From: an uncultured Actinomycetes bacterium
GTDB lineage: Bacteria; Actinomycetota; Acidimicrobiia; IMCC26256; DASPTH01
DNA length: 64,000 nt
Direction of reading: 5' to 3'
Assembly (NCBI GenBank): GCA_963827385.1
Contig: CAWHAR010000002.1
Location: forward strand, 300,790 to 364,789
In this document: in pieces, positions 42,072 to 51,815 of the stretch
Position numbering within the stretch: the stretch's first letter is position 1
Layout of the letters: every line of letters starts with the position of its first letter
Position numbers and translations under genes: made by a program
Notes under the pieces: generated by a model
Seen by the model: only the letters and a program-made list of their open reading frames with translations
Databases searched by the model: none
Told to the model about the DNA's origin: nothing

Positions 42072-42980
42072 TCAGGCCGACTTGCGGACGCGCTTGGCTG
42101 GTGCCGCCTTCTTGGCCACCGCCTTCTTCGTGGCGCGTTTCTTCGGTGCAGCCTTCTTCGTCGGCTTGGCGGTCGCGGCCTTCACCGTCGACGGTGCCGC
42201 GGCACCACTGCGCGCCAGGCTCGCTTCGAGCGCGGCCATGAGGTCGAGCACCTTCGCCGGCTCCTCCGGCGCGTCCGGTACGAGGATCTCCTCACCCGAC
42301 GCCTTGCGCTCGATCAATCCGAGCAGCTCTTCTCGGTACTCGTCGTGGTACTTCTCGGGGTCGAACGTCGGTGGCGAGCGAGCTCACCAGTTGACGCGCC
42401 ATCTCCATCTCGCGCTCGGTGGGCGGCGCTCGCAGGCTCGGGGATCGCGCCCTCACGGTCGGGCGCCAGCACCTCGTCGGCGTAGCGCATCGTCTCGAGG
42501 CACGAGGACGCCGTCGACGGCACGAATCGCGACGAGCGCTTCCTTCGAGCGCATCACGAACCGGCCGATCGCGACCTTGCTCTGCTCCTGCATCACGTCG
42601 GCGAGCAGCCGGTACGCCTTCGCCGCGTCCTTGTCGGGCACGAGGAAGTAGGGCTGCTCGAAGTAGACGGGGTCGATCTCGTCGAGGTCGACGAAGTCTT
42701 CGATCTCGATCTGGCGGCTCGCCTTCGGTGCGAGCGCGGCGAGCTCGTCAGCTTCGATCACGACGTAGTTGCCGCTCTCGAGCTCGTAGCCCTTCACGAT
42801 GCGGTCGTTCGGCACCTCTTCGCCCGTCTGTTCCGACACGCGGCGGTAGCGAATGCGGGACGTGGTGCCTTCCTCGAGCTGGTGGAATCGCACGTCTTGG
42901 GAGCGAGTGGCCGACACCACGCGCACCGGCACGGTGACGAGCCCGAAGCTGACGGATCCGGTCCAGATGGCGTGGGGCAC
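42072..42980 (-). pseudogene. ku: Ku protein (non-homologous end joining), at least two frameshifts
   Basis: N-terminal core MPHAIWTGSVSFGLVTVPVRVVSATRSQDVRFHQL...NYVVIEADELAALAPKASRQIEIEDFVDLDEIDPVYFEQPYFLVPD in ORF 42453..42980; Lys/Ala-rich C-terminal tail in ORF 42072..42317; the middle is out of frame. Confidence 0.7.
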
Positions 42981-43047
42981 GACTCACTCCTGTTTGCCTC
43001 GTTCGGCAGCGAGGTCTCGACGGATTCGGGCACTACCTTCGCAGGTC

Positions 43048-43985
43048 GTGGCGGCTCGGGAAAAGGGTACGGGACGGGGCGGAACGGCGACCCACGTGGA
43101 GTTCGACGGCCGCCGACTCCGATTGACGAACCTCGAGAAGGTGCTCTACCCCGCCACGGGCTTCACCAAAGGTCAAGTGGTCGACTACTACGCACGGGTG
43201 GGGCCCGGTGATGCTGCCGCATCTCGCCGGTCGGCCCCTCACGATGGTGCGGCTCCCCGACGGCATCGGCGGCGAACGGTTCTTCGAGAAGCGCTGCCCC
43301 GGACATCGACCCGAGTGGATGCCGACCGTGCCGCTCGACGCCGACTCGGCCATCCAGTCGTGCTGTGTGTCGGAGCTCGCCGGCGCTGGTCTGGACGGCC
43401 AACCTCGCCGCACTCGAGCTCCACACGCCGCAGGCCCGCGCCGACGACCCGCTGCGCCCGACTGCGATGGTGTTCGACCTCGACCCGGGCGCGCCGGCTG
43501 ACGTGGTCGACGTGCGCAGCGCGTCGCGCTCGAATTGCGCGGGCTGCTCGACCAACTCGGGTTGCGCGCCGTGGTGAAGACGTCCGGGTGCGAAGGGGTT
43601 GCACCTCTCGGTGCCGTTGCGTGCCCGACGCGGATGCCGACAGCACCAAGGCATTCGCACTCGCGCTCGGGCCGGGCTGCTCGAACAGCGTGATCCCGAG
43701 CACGTCACGGTGACGATGGCGAAGGAACAACGACCGAACAAGGTGTTCGTCGACTGGAGCCAGAACGACCGACACAAGACGACGGTGTGCGCGTACTCGT
43801 TGCGCGCGACGGATGTGCCGGGCGTGTCGACGCCCCTCGCGTGGGACGAGGTCGAATCGATCGCTGGCGGCGATGCCGCGTTCGCGCGCTTCTCCCCCGC
43901 CGACGTGTTGACACGCGTCGAGGAGCTCGGCGACCTCTACGCCGACAGCCTCGCCGTCGACCAGGTGTTGCCGGCTTTGGGCTGA
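43048..43985 (+). pseudogene. LigD polymerase/primase (PolDom) domain protein, at least four frameshifts
   Basis: THVEFDGRRLRLTNLEKVLYPATGFTKGQVVDYYARV, MLPHLAGRPLTMVRLPDGIGGERFFEKRCPGHRPEWMPTVPLD, MVFDLDPG and VFVDWSQNDRHKTTVCAYSLRA fragments lie in three frames; divergent from ku. Confidence 0.65.
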
Positions 43986-44031
43986 GGTCGCGACGGCCGC
44001 GGCCGGTCGGGGCCGGATGTCATGATCATTC

Positions 44032-44616
44032 GTGATGAGCGCACCTGGTCGCCCACCGGCGCCTCCGTACGTGGCTGAGGGGTCGCATGCGCTCTGGCAC
44101 GTCAGCGAAGACCCGATGATCCAGTTCTTCGCGCCACGAGTCACTCCCACCAATCCGACGGAACCGGCCGCGGTCTGGGCGATCGACACACGCCACCTGC
44201 CCACCTTCTGGTTCCCACGCGACTGCCCCCGTGGGTGCACGTGGTTGTCGGGTCGCGAGACGCCCGAGGACCGACAACGGTTCTTCGGCCACACCTCCGC
44301 GACGCGGATACACGTCACCGAATCCGCATGGGCCGATCGCATCCAGCGCACGACGCTCTCGCTGTACCGCCTCCCAGACGAGCGCTTCGAACCCCATTCG
44401 GTCGGCGGCTACTGGACGTCCCGGCACGTCGTCGAACCGCTCGAACGAGTCGAAGTGTCCGACCTCGTGGTTCGTCACGCCGACGCGGGGATCGAGCTCC
44501 GATTCGTCCCGTCGATCTGGCCGTGGTGGACCGAGGTCGCGGCGTCGAGCCTCGACTTCAGCGGTTCACGCCTGCACAACACGACAGACCGTCCGCTCCT
44601 CCCCGAGGCCGGCTGA
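44032..44616 (+). CDS. conserved hypothetical protein
   Basis: 194-aa intact ORF with Trp-rich protein-like sequence; no recognised motif. Confidence 0.45.
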   Translation: MMSAPGRPPAPPYVAEGSHALWHVSEDPMIQFFAPRVTPTNPTEPAAVWAIDTRHLPTFWFPRDCPRGCTWLSGRETPEDRQRFFGHTSATRIHVTESAWADRIQRTTLSLYRLPDERFEPHSVGGYWTSRHVVEPLERVEVSDLVVRHADAGIELRFVPSIWPWWTEVAASSLDFSGSRLHNTTDRPLLPEAG

Positions 44617-44618
44617 GG

Positions 44619-45189
44619 TCAGTCGGCGTCGAGGTCAGCGGGTTGGTCGACAACGATCCCGAGCGCAGCGAAGGCGCTCAATGCCAGCGGAATCACCGCG
44701 TCAGCGCTGACCACCGAGCCGCGGAGGCCGGAGACGCCGCGCAGTCCCTCCACCGTGCAACCGTCGAGGAAGGTTCGGTCGCCCTTGACCGCGTGGAACT
44801 GCGCGCGACAGGTCGCAGTCCTCGAAGGCGACGCGCTCGAGCTGCGCCCCGGTGAAATCGGCATCGACGAGATTGCACGACGTGAAGACGCAGCGCTCGA
44901 ACCGAGAGCCACGGAAGTTCGCATCGTTGAGCAGACATTCGGCGAAGAGAGCGTCGCGCACGTTCGACTCGGCCATCACGACCCCACGCGCCCTCGTCTG
45001 CCTGACGTGCATGCGCGAGAACGTGGCGCCCGCGAACACGGCGCCCGACAGGTCGCCGCGCACCACGATCACGTCGCGCCACACGACCTCGCGCAAGGAC
45101 GCTCCCGTGAGCTGCACATCGTCGAGGCGGGCATGATCCAGGCGCGCGCCGTCGAGCGAGGCTTCGCTCTGATCGACGCCGACGAGCAC
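44619..45189 (-). CDS. pentapeptide repeat protein, one frameshift near 44800
   Basis: Consecutive A(D/N)LxG/A(D/N)FxG quintets (LDGARLDHARLDDVQLTGASL...ANFRGSRFERCVFTSCNLVDADFTGAQLERVAFEDCDLS); tail in ORF 44619..44924. Confidence 0.65.
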
Positions 45190-45342
45190 GACGTCATCGA
45201 GGTCGTTCGCCGGATCGAGTCGCAGGTCCGAACTCGCCGGCGGACCGCTGGGCGGCGCCGGCGCGATGACGTCGACCCGATGCTCGCTCAGAACGCGATT
45301 TCTCTCGAGCCGCGACGGGTCGCTTCGCGTGCCATGAAGTCG

Positions 45343-45711
45343 TCAGCCAGCTTGGTGGGCGCGCACACCAACCAGGCGTCGAGGAGCGCGGTCGCGCAAC
45401 GCCGGTTTCGTGACCACCTTCAGCTGGATCAGCACCGCCGCGTAGCCGTCGAAGTGCGGGATCGTGAAGAACGATTCCGGGTGTGCCGCGAGCGCGGCTT
45501 CCTTCTCGCCCAGGTCTTCGACGGACACGGCGAGGATCGGTCCCTCGGGCGGTGCGACGTCGCCGAAACGCTTCAGATCGGCCTTGCTGAACGGCCGCTC
45601 CCAGGCGAAGACCTTGCCCCCGACCGACCACGCCTGATTCCCGTGCCGTTCGCCCGCCGTGACCTCCGGCAGGTCGAGCGCCATCTCCGCGGCCACGCTC
45701 ATGCTCACCAT
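45343..45711 (-). CDS. MmcQ/YjbR family DNA-binding protein
   Basis: 122 aa; sequence pattern of the MmcQ/YjbR fold; C-terminal 20 aa may be out of frame. Confidence 0.55.
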   Translation of the reverse strand: MVSMSVAAEMALDLPEVTAGERHGNQAWSVGGKVFAWERPFSKADLKRFGDVAPPEGPILAVSVEDLGEKEAALAAHPESFFTIPHFDGYAAVLIQLKVVTKPALRDRAPRRLVGVRAHQAG

Positions 45712-45748
45712 GTGCGTACGGTACCGCTGCGCCCGGTCCAGTCCTCCC

Positions 45749-45798
45749 GTTCTGGCGTCAAGAACGCGCGAGATTCACGCGTTTTTGACGCCAGAACG
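45749..45798. repeat. about 50-bp palindrome, copy C (GTTCTGGCGTCAAGAACGCGCGAGATTCACGCGTTTTTGACGCCAGAAC)
   Basis: Same architecture as copies A and B; lies 38 bp upstream of the MmcQ start and 33 bp downstream of the ABC-2 permease stop. Confidence 0.5.
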
Positions 45799-45830
45799 GG
45801 GTTGGGACGGCACGCGACGGCTCAGCGGGG

Positions 45831-46653
45831 TCAGCTGAGGATGTCTTTGCGGTGGAACCACCAGGCGGCGATGGCCGTGAAGACCACCGAATAGCCCAGC
45901 GTGAGCAGCGCGCCGCGTCCCAGGTCAGAGCTGAAGGTGTCGTGCGTGAACAGCTGCACCCAGTTGCCCGAGTAGTGGGTCGGGAAGAACTCGCGGATGC
46001 GGCCGAGCGAGTCGATGCCGTCGAGGATCAGCCACGTCAACCAGAGGCCGACCCCAGCGAAGACGGCTCCGCCGGTGGAATCGGTCATGCAGCCGACCAT
46101 CATCGAGAACGTGATCACGCTGGTGAGCATCCAGGCAACGAACACCACCGCGAACCCGAGGCGCAGGATCACGTCGGCCGTGCCGAGCGGCGCGACGACG
46201 TTGACCGGCACGGAGATCGGGCCGAGGCCGAACGCGAGCCCGCCGGCCAGCAACCCGATCAGCGACCACACTGGCGACCGCCACGAACGCGGAGATGACG
46301 GCGACGATCAACTTGCCGCTGAACAGCCGGCCGCGAGAGATCGGACGCATCAGGAGGTATCGCAGGTTGCCCCACTGCGCCTCCCCCGCGATGGCCTCGC
46401 CACCGAAGATCGCCGCCACGATCACGAGCATGAACTCGCTCGTGAACCGCAACGCCACCGCCGGAACGAAGAGACCCGACTGCGCCGCGACGTACAGCAG
46501 GTGTCCACCGCCTGCGCCGAGATCCGGCGGGTTTGCCTTGAGCGCGATCGTCATGATGATCGGGATCAGCGACACCAGACCGATCGCGGTGAACGTGCGT
46601 GTGCGGCGGAACTGCTTGTCGAGCTCGGTGGACACCACCGACGCGAGGCTCAT
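45831..46653 (-). CDS. ABC-2 type transporter permease, one frameshift near 46270
   Basis: Start ATG 46653 overlaps the ATPase stop (ATGA); MSLASVVSTELDKQFRRTRTFTAIGLVSLIPIIMTIALK... in ORF 45925..46935, C-terminal half in ORF 45831..46271. Confidence 0.65.
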
Positions 46654-47560
46654 CGATCGGCCTCGACCATCCCGAGGAAGGCATCTTCGAGCCGGCGCCG
46701 CGCAGTGACCGTCTCGACGCCCACTCCGGCGTTGACGAGCGCGGCGACGAGTCGAGCCGCGAGTGATCGTCGGCGAGGCGGACCACCAGACCCGGCCGCT
46801 CGTCGTCGACCCGGTCGACACCCGGCAGCGCGGACAGCACCTGGCGCGCCGTGTCGAGCTTGTCGACCTCGAGGTACACGGAGTCGGACGCGCCGACAAG
46901 ATCGGCGACGGCACCCGCGGCGACCAGGTGGCCACGATCCATCACGACGGCGTGCGAGCAGATCTGCTCCACCTCGGCGAGGATGTGACTCGAGAACACC
47001 ACGGTGGCGCCGGCGTCGGCGAGGCGATGCACCAGGAGCCGCACCTCACGCATCTCGCCAGGGTCGAGACCGTTGGTCGGCTCGTCGAGCACCAGCACCT
47101 CGGGACGGCCCAGCAACACGCGGGCGAGGCCGAGCCGCTGCTTCATCCCTTGCGAGTACGTCTTGACGCGTCGCTTGATCGCGTCGCCGAGATCGGCGAT
47201 CGCCAGCGCGTGCTCGAAGTCGGCATCTCCGAGACGGCCACCTCCCGCACGCCACCACAGCTCGAGGTTCTTCATGCCCGACAGGTGTGGCACGAACGCC
47301 GCGGTCTCGATGAGCGCTCCGACCCGTGCGAGCTCGGGCGTGCTGGGACGAACGCGGGTACCGAACAGGAACGACTCCCCCGCCGTCGGCTTGATCAATC
47401 CGAGGAGCATTCGCAGCGCAGTGGTCTTCCCCGCGCCGTTCGGGCCGAGCAGGCCACACACCTGGCCGGGATCGACCGAGAAGCTGAGGTCGTCGACGGC
47501 GAGCACGCTGGAGCTGAATCGTTTGGAGAGCCCGACCAGCTCGACGACCGCGTCACTCAT
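46650..47560 (-). CDS. ABC transporter ATP-binding protein, C-terminal frameshift near 46750
   Basis: MSDAVVELVGLSKRF, Walker A GPNGAGKTT, signature YSQGMKQRLGLA, Walker B LVLDEPTNGLD in ORF 46259..48046; the last roughly 35 aa (..ALVNAGVGVETVTARRRLEDAFLGMVEADR) are in another frame. Confidence 0.75.
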
Positions 47561-47727
47561 GAATGCGGTGGTTCCGCCGGGGACATCTCGCACGGGGAGA
47601 GCATCCCTTCGGAGCGTAGCGTGGACACTCACATGCCGTTCTTCGCGCGTACGACCGCACCTTCGCCCACCATCATTCCCCTCACCGTTCCCGCGGACAC
47701 GACGCAGCCCAACCCGGGCGGACCGCG

Positions 47728-48412
47728 CATGCCCCGCGACGCGCAACGTCGTCGGGTGTATCTCGCGGAGACGCCGTTGCCGTCGAGCCCGCTGCCCGGC
47801 CTCGACGCGTGCGCCGGCTTCGTGGATCGCGTGGTCGGCACGCTGTGGTGGAACATGCGCTTCCCCGAGCATCACCTCGGGGCCGTGCCGCGCCTCCGAC
47901 CCGGCAACGGTGCGCGTCAGGCGTTCTTCCGCGACGAACCGACCGGCCCGACCATCACACTCCCGCGCCGCTACCGCACCAAGGGCGTGGTGCTCCACGA
48001 GCTCGTGCACTGGGCGCTCGGGCTCGATTCGGGCCTTCCCGCGCACGGGCGGACGTTCGCACGCGTGCTGCTCGACGTCACCGCCGAGTTCAGCGGCGCC
48101 GAACGCGCGGGCGAGCTCACGGCCTCATACAAGGAACAGCGCGTGCACGTCGGGAAGCCGGCCCGGATGGGCCCCGACGGTCGCTTCTACTACGGGTGGG
48201 ACGAGCGCCTCCGCCTGGGACGCGGGAGAGACTTCGTGGTGCGCTGCGCGTCGAGCGACGACGAACCGTTCGCGATCAGTGGGCGCTTCGAGGGCTTCGA
48301 GCGGAGCGGTTCGATCATCCCGCTCCACGCAGCCGATGGCAGCGTGACGCGCGTACGCGCCGCGCTGGTGTACGACGCGGTCACCGCACGAGAGGAGCAC
48401 AGGGATGCCTGA
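47728..48412 (+). CDS. putative zinc metallohydrolase (HExxH; TIGR04338-like)
   Basis: C-terminal 228 aa of ORF 46763..48412 from MPRDAQRRRVYLAE; motif GVVLHELVHW. Confidence 0.55.
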
Positions 48413-48776
48413 CGACGAGATCACGACTGCGACGCTCGCCGCGGTCGATCGATTCAACGACGCGTTCAACCGCCACGACGTCGACGCGGTGATGGCCACG
48501 ATGACCGACGACTGCGTGTTCGAGAGCACGTCACCGCCCGACGGCGAACGCCATGTGGGCGTCACCGCGGTACGCGCGGCATGGGAAGACTTCTTCGCGT
48601 CGTCGCCGGCCGCGCACTTCGACGCCGAGGGCGTCATCGCGACTGGCGACCGCTGCGTCGTGCAGTGGCGGTACACGTGGTCGGACGAGGGCGGTGAACA
48701 CCACATCCGCGGTGTCGACGTGCTGCGCGTCCGCGACGGTCGCGTCGCCGAGAAGTTCGCCTACGTGAAGGGCTGA
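48405..48776 (+). CDS. nuclear transport factor 2 (SnoaL-like) family protein
   Basis: 123 aa intact; AAVDRFNDAFNRHDVDAVMATMTDDCVFEST pattern. Confidence 0.65.
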   Translation: MPDDEITTATLAAVDRFNDAFNRHDVDAVMATMTDDCVFESTSPPDGERHVGVTAVRAAWEDFFASSPAAHFDAEGVIATGDRCVVQWRYTWSDEGGEHHIRGVDVLRVRDGRVAEKFAYVKG

Positions 48777-48779
48777 CGC

Positions 48780-49298
48780 TCAGTCGATACGGCGGAGCTC
48801 GGTCTTGTACCGCTCGGCGTTCGACACGTAGAGCTCCACGATCCGCGAGATCTCCTCGGGGTCGACCGCGTCGAGGCGCAACTTGGCCGGGATCCCGAGC
48901 GCCATCGCGCGCGCCGGCACCACCATGTCGTTCGGCACCACCGCGCCGGCACCGACGAGCGCGCCCGTCTCCACCACGGCGCGGTGCAACACGATCGAGC
49001 CGCTCCCGACGAGCGCGCCGTCGTTGATGTTGCAGCACTCCAGGTGCACCAGGTGCCCGATCACCGCGTCGTTGCCGACGATCGTCGGCAACACCGACGT
49101 GGCGTGCAGCACGGAGCCGTCCTGGATCGAGGTGCGTTCGCCCACGATGATCCGGCCGTAGTCGCCGCGCAGCACGCACTGCGGCCACACCGTGCTCCCG
49201 GCGCCGATCGTGACGTTGCCGATGACGGTGGCATCGGGATGGACATACGCGTCAGGGTGGACATCGGGCGCGAGATCGCCGAGGGCATACAGAGGCAC
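48780..49298 (-). CDS. gamma carbonic anhydrase family protein (hexapeptide-repeat, YrdA/PaaY-like)
   Basis: 172 aa intact; VHPDATVIGNVTIGAGSTVWPQCVLRGDYGRIIVGERTSIQDGSVLH. Confidence 0.85.
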   Translation of the reverse strand: MPLYALGDLAPDVHPDAYVHPDATVIGNVTIGAGSTVWPQCVLRGDYGRIIVGERTSIQDGSVLHATSVLPTIVGNDAVIGHLVHLECCNINDGALVGSGSIVLHRAVVETGALVGAGAVVPNDMVVPARAMALGIPAKLRLDAVDPEEISRIVELYVSNAERYKTELRRID

Positions 49299-49323
49299 GG
49301 ACTGACCCTACAGGCGGCTCGGC

Positions 49324-51804
49324 ATGACGCCGATACGTGAGTTCATGGCCGAGGCGTCCGTCCAGACCGCAAACACGAAGCAGCTCGGCAAGCAGCTGCG
49401 TTCCGTGCGACGACGCAAGGGGCTCTCGCTCTCCGAAGTGGCGCGGGGCGCAGGGCTCAGTCGTCGAGAGCTCGTCTCCTACGAGCGGGGCAAGGTCGAG
49501 ATCCCACAGAGTGACCTCTGGGTGCTCGCCGGCTCGTGCGGCGTCGATGTCGCCGAGCTCATGCCCGCCGACGACGTGCCGCAGCTCGCCGCGGGGTCTT
49601 CCTCGATGGAAGACACGATCAGCCAACTGCGGAGTCGCCCCGACTCGACCGGACTCGGCCACCACCTCGACACGATCTACGCGCTGCGGGCCCTGCCGCC
49701 CGGCAGCAAGGTGCAACTCGAAGCCCGCGACCGCGACGCCATCACGGCTGCGCTCGGCACCGACCCGAAGACCCTCGAAGCGGGTTTGATGGACACGTTG
49801 CACGTGACACGCGTCGAGGCGGCCCGCCTCCGCGAACTCATCCTCCCCGAAACGCCGCGCTACTCACCGCTCGCACTCGAGGCCGCACCCGAGCCCGAGC
49901 GCAATGCGGAGCCCAGCCCGATCTCCGATCCTCGCGACCTGGTGCCGGGCATCGGCATGTCGGCATTCGAGGCCGAGACGCCGACCGGTCCGGTCGACGT
50001 GTTCGAAGAACTGGCGCGCCTGCCCGAACCGGCGGCGCTTCCGACTGATGCGTTCACCGGCGATCTGCTGTCGCCGCCGCCCGAGCCCGTCGCCCTTCCC
50101 GTGAACGCCGAGATGGCCGAGGCAGGAACGTTCGCGGAATGGCAGTCGTTCCGTTCGGCATTGCCGAGCCCCTCCGAGCCGGTGCTGGTCGAATCGCCCG
50201 CCGCCGCTTCCGCTTCCGCGACCGCCGGCTTCAGCGCTGCGGATGCACCTCCCATCGACATCGCGGCTCGCACCGCGTCGGACTGGGGCACGGGTTGGAG
50301 CACGACGACCACAGAGTCGGCAAACGGAATCGACAGCCACGCGGAGACAGCCCCCGACGAGCTGGCAACCCGCGTGCCGTCGGCGTGGGCGCCGGAACCC
50401 CAGAGCTGGGAGTCAACACAGGCCCCGGGCACCGACACAGCCGACGCGACCGACACGACCGATCCGTTCGGATTCGGACCCGGTGACGGGACCGCGTGGG
50501 GTGCACCGGCCGCGGTCGAGATCGTCGAGTACGTCGATGAATACGTCGAAGCGGCTGGTCCGTCGACCGACGCGACGTCCGAGTGGACGCTGAGCCCCGC
50601 CGCGGACGACACGACCCTTGCCGCGCCATCGCTCGACACGCCGTGGTCAGCGACCCGGACGCGCCCGACACGATCGACACGCCAGGAACCTCGGGAACTT
50701 CGGACGGGCGCGGCCCGTGGGACCACCAGCCCGACCCTGAGGCGACCAACACCGGCTTCTACGTCGACTGGGGCACCGCAGACGAGCCCGCAGAAGAGCC
50801 CGCCAGACGAGCCAACCGCCGACGCCGACCCGAACACCTGGACACCCACAGACCCCACCGCCGACCTCTGGGCCACCACCGAACCCACCGTCGACGCCGA
50901 CCCGAACACCTGGACACCCACAGACCCCACCGCCGACCTCTGGGCCATCACGGAACCGACGGCGGACGCCTGGGCACCCACCGAACCTTCCGCCGACCTC
51001 TGGGCACCGACCGAGCCCGCCACCACCGAGCCCGCCGTGGACGAGTCGCCGATCGACGAGCCCGCGGTCGCCGAGAACGTCATTGACGACAGCTATGCGC
51101 CGATCAACTGGCGTCCGCTCGGCGAGAGCGCAAGCCCCGAAGAAATTGCTGTCGTCACCGCGTCGATCCTGGAGACGATCGCCGCAGCCGAGCCGGTTGC
51201 CGCCCTCGAGGACATCGCTCCGACCGTCGACGACCCGCCGACCGTCGAAGAGACGTTCATCACCGCCGGCAGCGAGTGGGAGCTGGGCAACGCAGTACCG
51301 CTCGTCGAAGTCCGCGGCCAGGGCGGTCTCGTGATGCGCCGCGCCGACGAACGTTGGGCGCTCGCCGACATCACCACCGCGACGAACTTCGCACTCGAGG
51401 TCGACGTCGACTTCCGCACCGGGCCCGGCTTCGGCGTGCTGTTCCACGCGAGCACCGACGCCGACGCCCACATGTCGGGCTTCTCGTTCGACGTCGATCC
51501 GATCCACGAAGGTGGCAGCTACCTCGTGCGCCAGTGGCAGGCGGATCGTGAGCTGTGGAACCCGATCGCTCGCGCCGCGGCCGACGACCCCGCCGGCATG
51601 CACGGATCCCTCGCCCTGCGCCTCGTCGTGATCGACGGTTGCCTCCGGGCTTCGGTCAACGGTGTCGAGGTGCTCACCGTCGACAGCCTCGACGAGGCCT
51701 GCGCGGAACGACACCGCGAACCGGCCCAGGGGAACCGGGTCGGCATTCAGGCCTGGTCCTCGTCGGACCTCGTCATCGACTCCCTGCGCGTCGCGGAACG
51801 CTGA
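49324..51804 (+). CDS. XRE-family HTH protein fused to a long acidic Pro/Thr/Ala-rich repetitive linker and a C-terminal DUF1080/LamG-like beta-sandwich domain
   Basis: 826 aa intact; N-terminal LGKQLRSVRRRKGLSLSEVARGAGLSRRELVSYERGKVEIPQSDLWVLAGSCGVDVAEL; about 500 aa of low complexity; C-terminal GSYLVRQW...LALRLVVIDGCLRASVNGVEVL...GNRVGIQAWSSSDLVIDSLRV resembles the jelly-roll DUF1080 family. Confidence 0.65.
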   Translation: MTPIREFMAEASVQTANTKQLGKQLRSVRRRKGLSLSEVARGAGLSRRELVSYERGKVEIPQSDLWVLAGSCGVDVAELMPADDVPQLAAGSSSMEDTISQLRSRPDSTGLGHHLDTIYALRALPPGSKVQLEARDRDAITAALGTDPKTLEAGLMDTLHVTRVEAARLRELILPETPRYSPLALEAAPEPERNAEPSPISDPRDLVPGIGMSAFEAETPTGPVDVFEELARLPEPAALPTDAFTGDLLSPPPEPVALPVNAEMAEAGTFAEWQSFRSALPSPSEPVLVESPAAASASATAGFSAADAPPIDIAARTASDWGTGWSTTTTESANGIDSHAETAPDELATRVPSAWAPEPQSWESTQAPGTDTADATDTTDPFGFGPGDGTAWGAPAAVEIVEYVDEYVEAAGPSTDATSEWTLSPAADDTTLAAPSLDTPWSATRTRPTRSTRQEPRELRTGAARGTTSPTLRRPTPASTSTGAPQTSPQKSPPDEPTADADPNTWTPTDPTADLWATTEPTVDADPNTWTPTDPTADLWAITEPTADAWAPTEPSADLWAPTEPATTEPAVDESPIDEPAVAENVIDDSYAPINWRPLGESASPEEIAVVTASILETIAAAEPVAALEDIAPTVDDPPTVEETFITAGSEWELGNAVPLVEVRGQGGLVMRRADERWALADITTATNFALEVDVDFRTGPGFGVLFHASTDADAHMSGFSFDVDPIHEGGSYLVRQWQADRELWNPIARAAADDPAGMHGSLALRLVVIDGCLRASVNGVEVLTVDSLDEACAERHREPAQGNRVGIQAWSSSDLVIDSLRVAER
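50821..50946 (+). repeat. 72-bp in-frame tandem repeat (2 copies) with 54 bp identical in both copies, inside the HTH-DUF1080 gene
   Basis: GACGCCGACCCGAACACCTGGACACCCACAGACCCCACCGCCGACCTCTGGGCC occurs at 50821..50874 and again at 50893..50946; encodes DADPNTWTPTDPTADLWA. Confidence 0.7.
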
Positions 51805-51815
51805 TTGCCCTTCCT

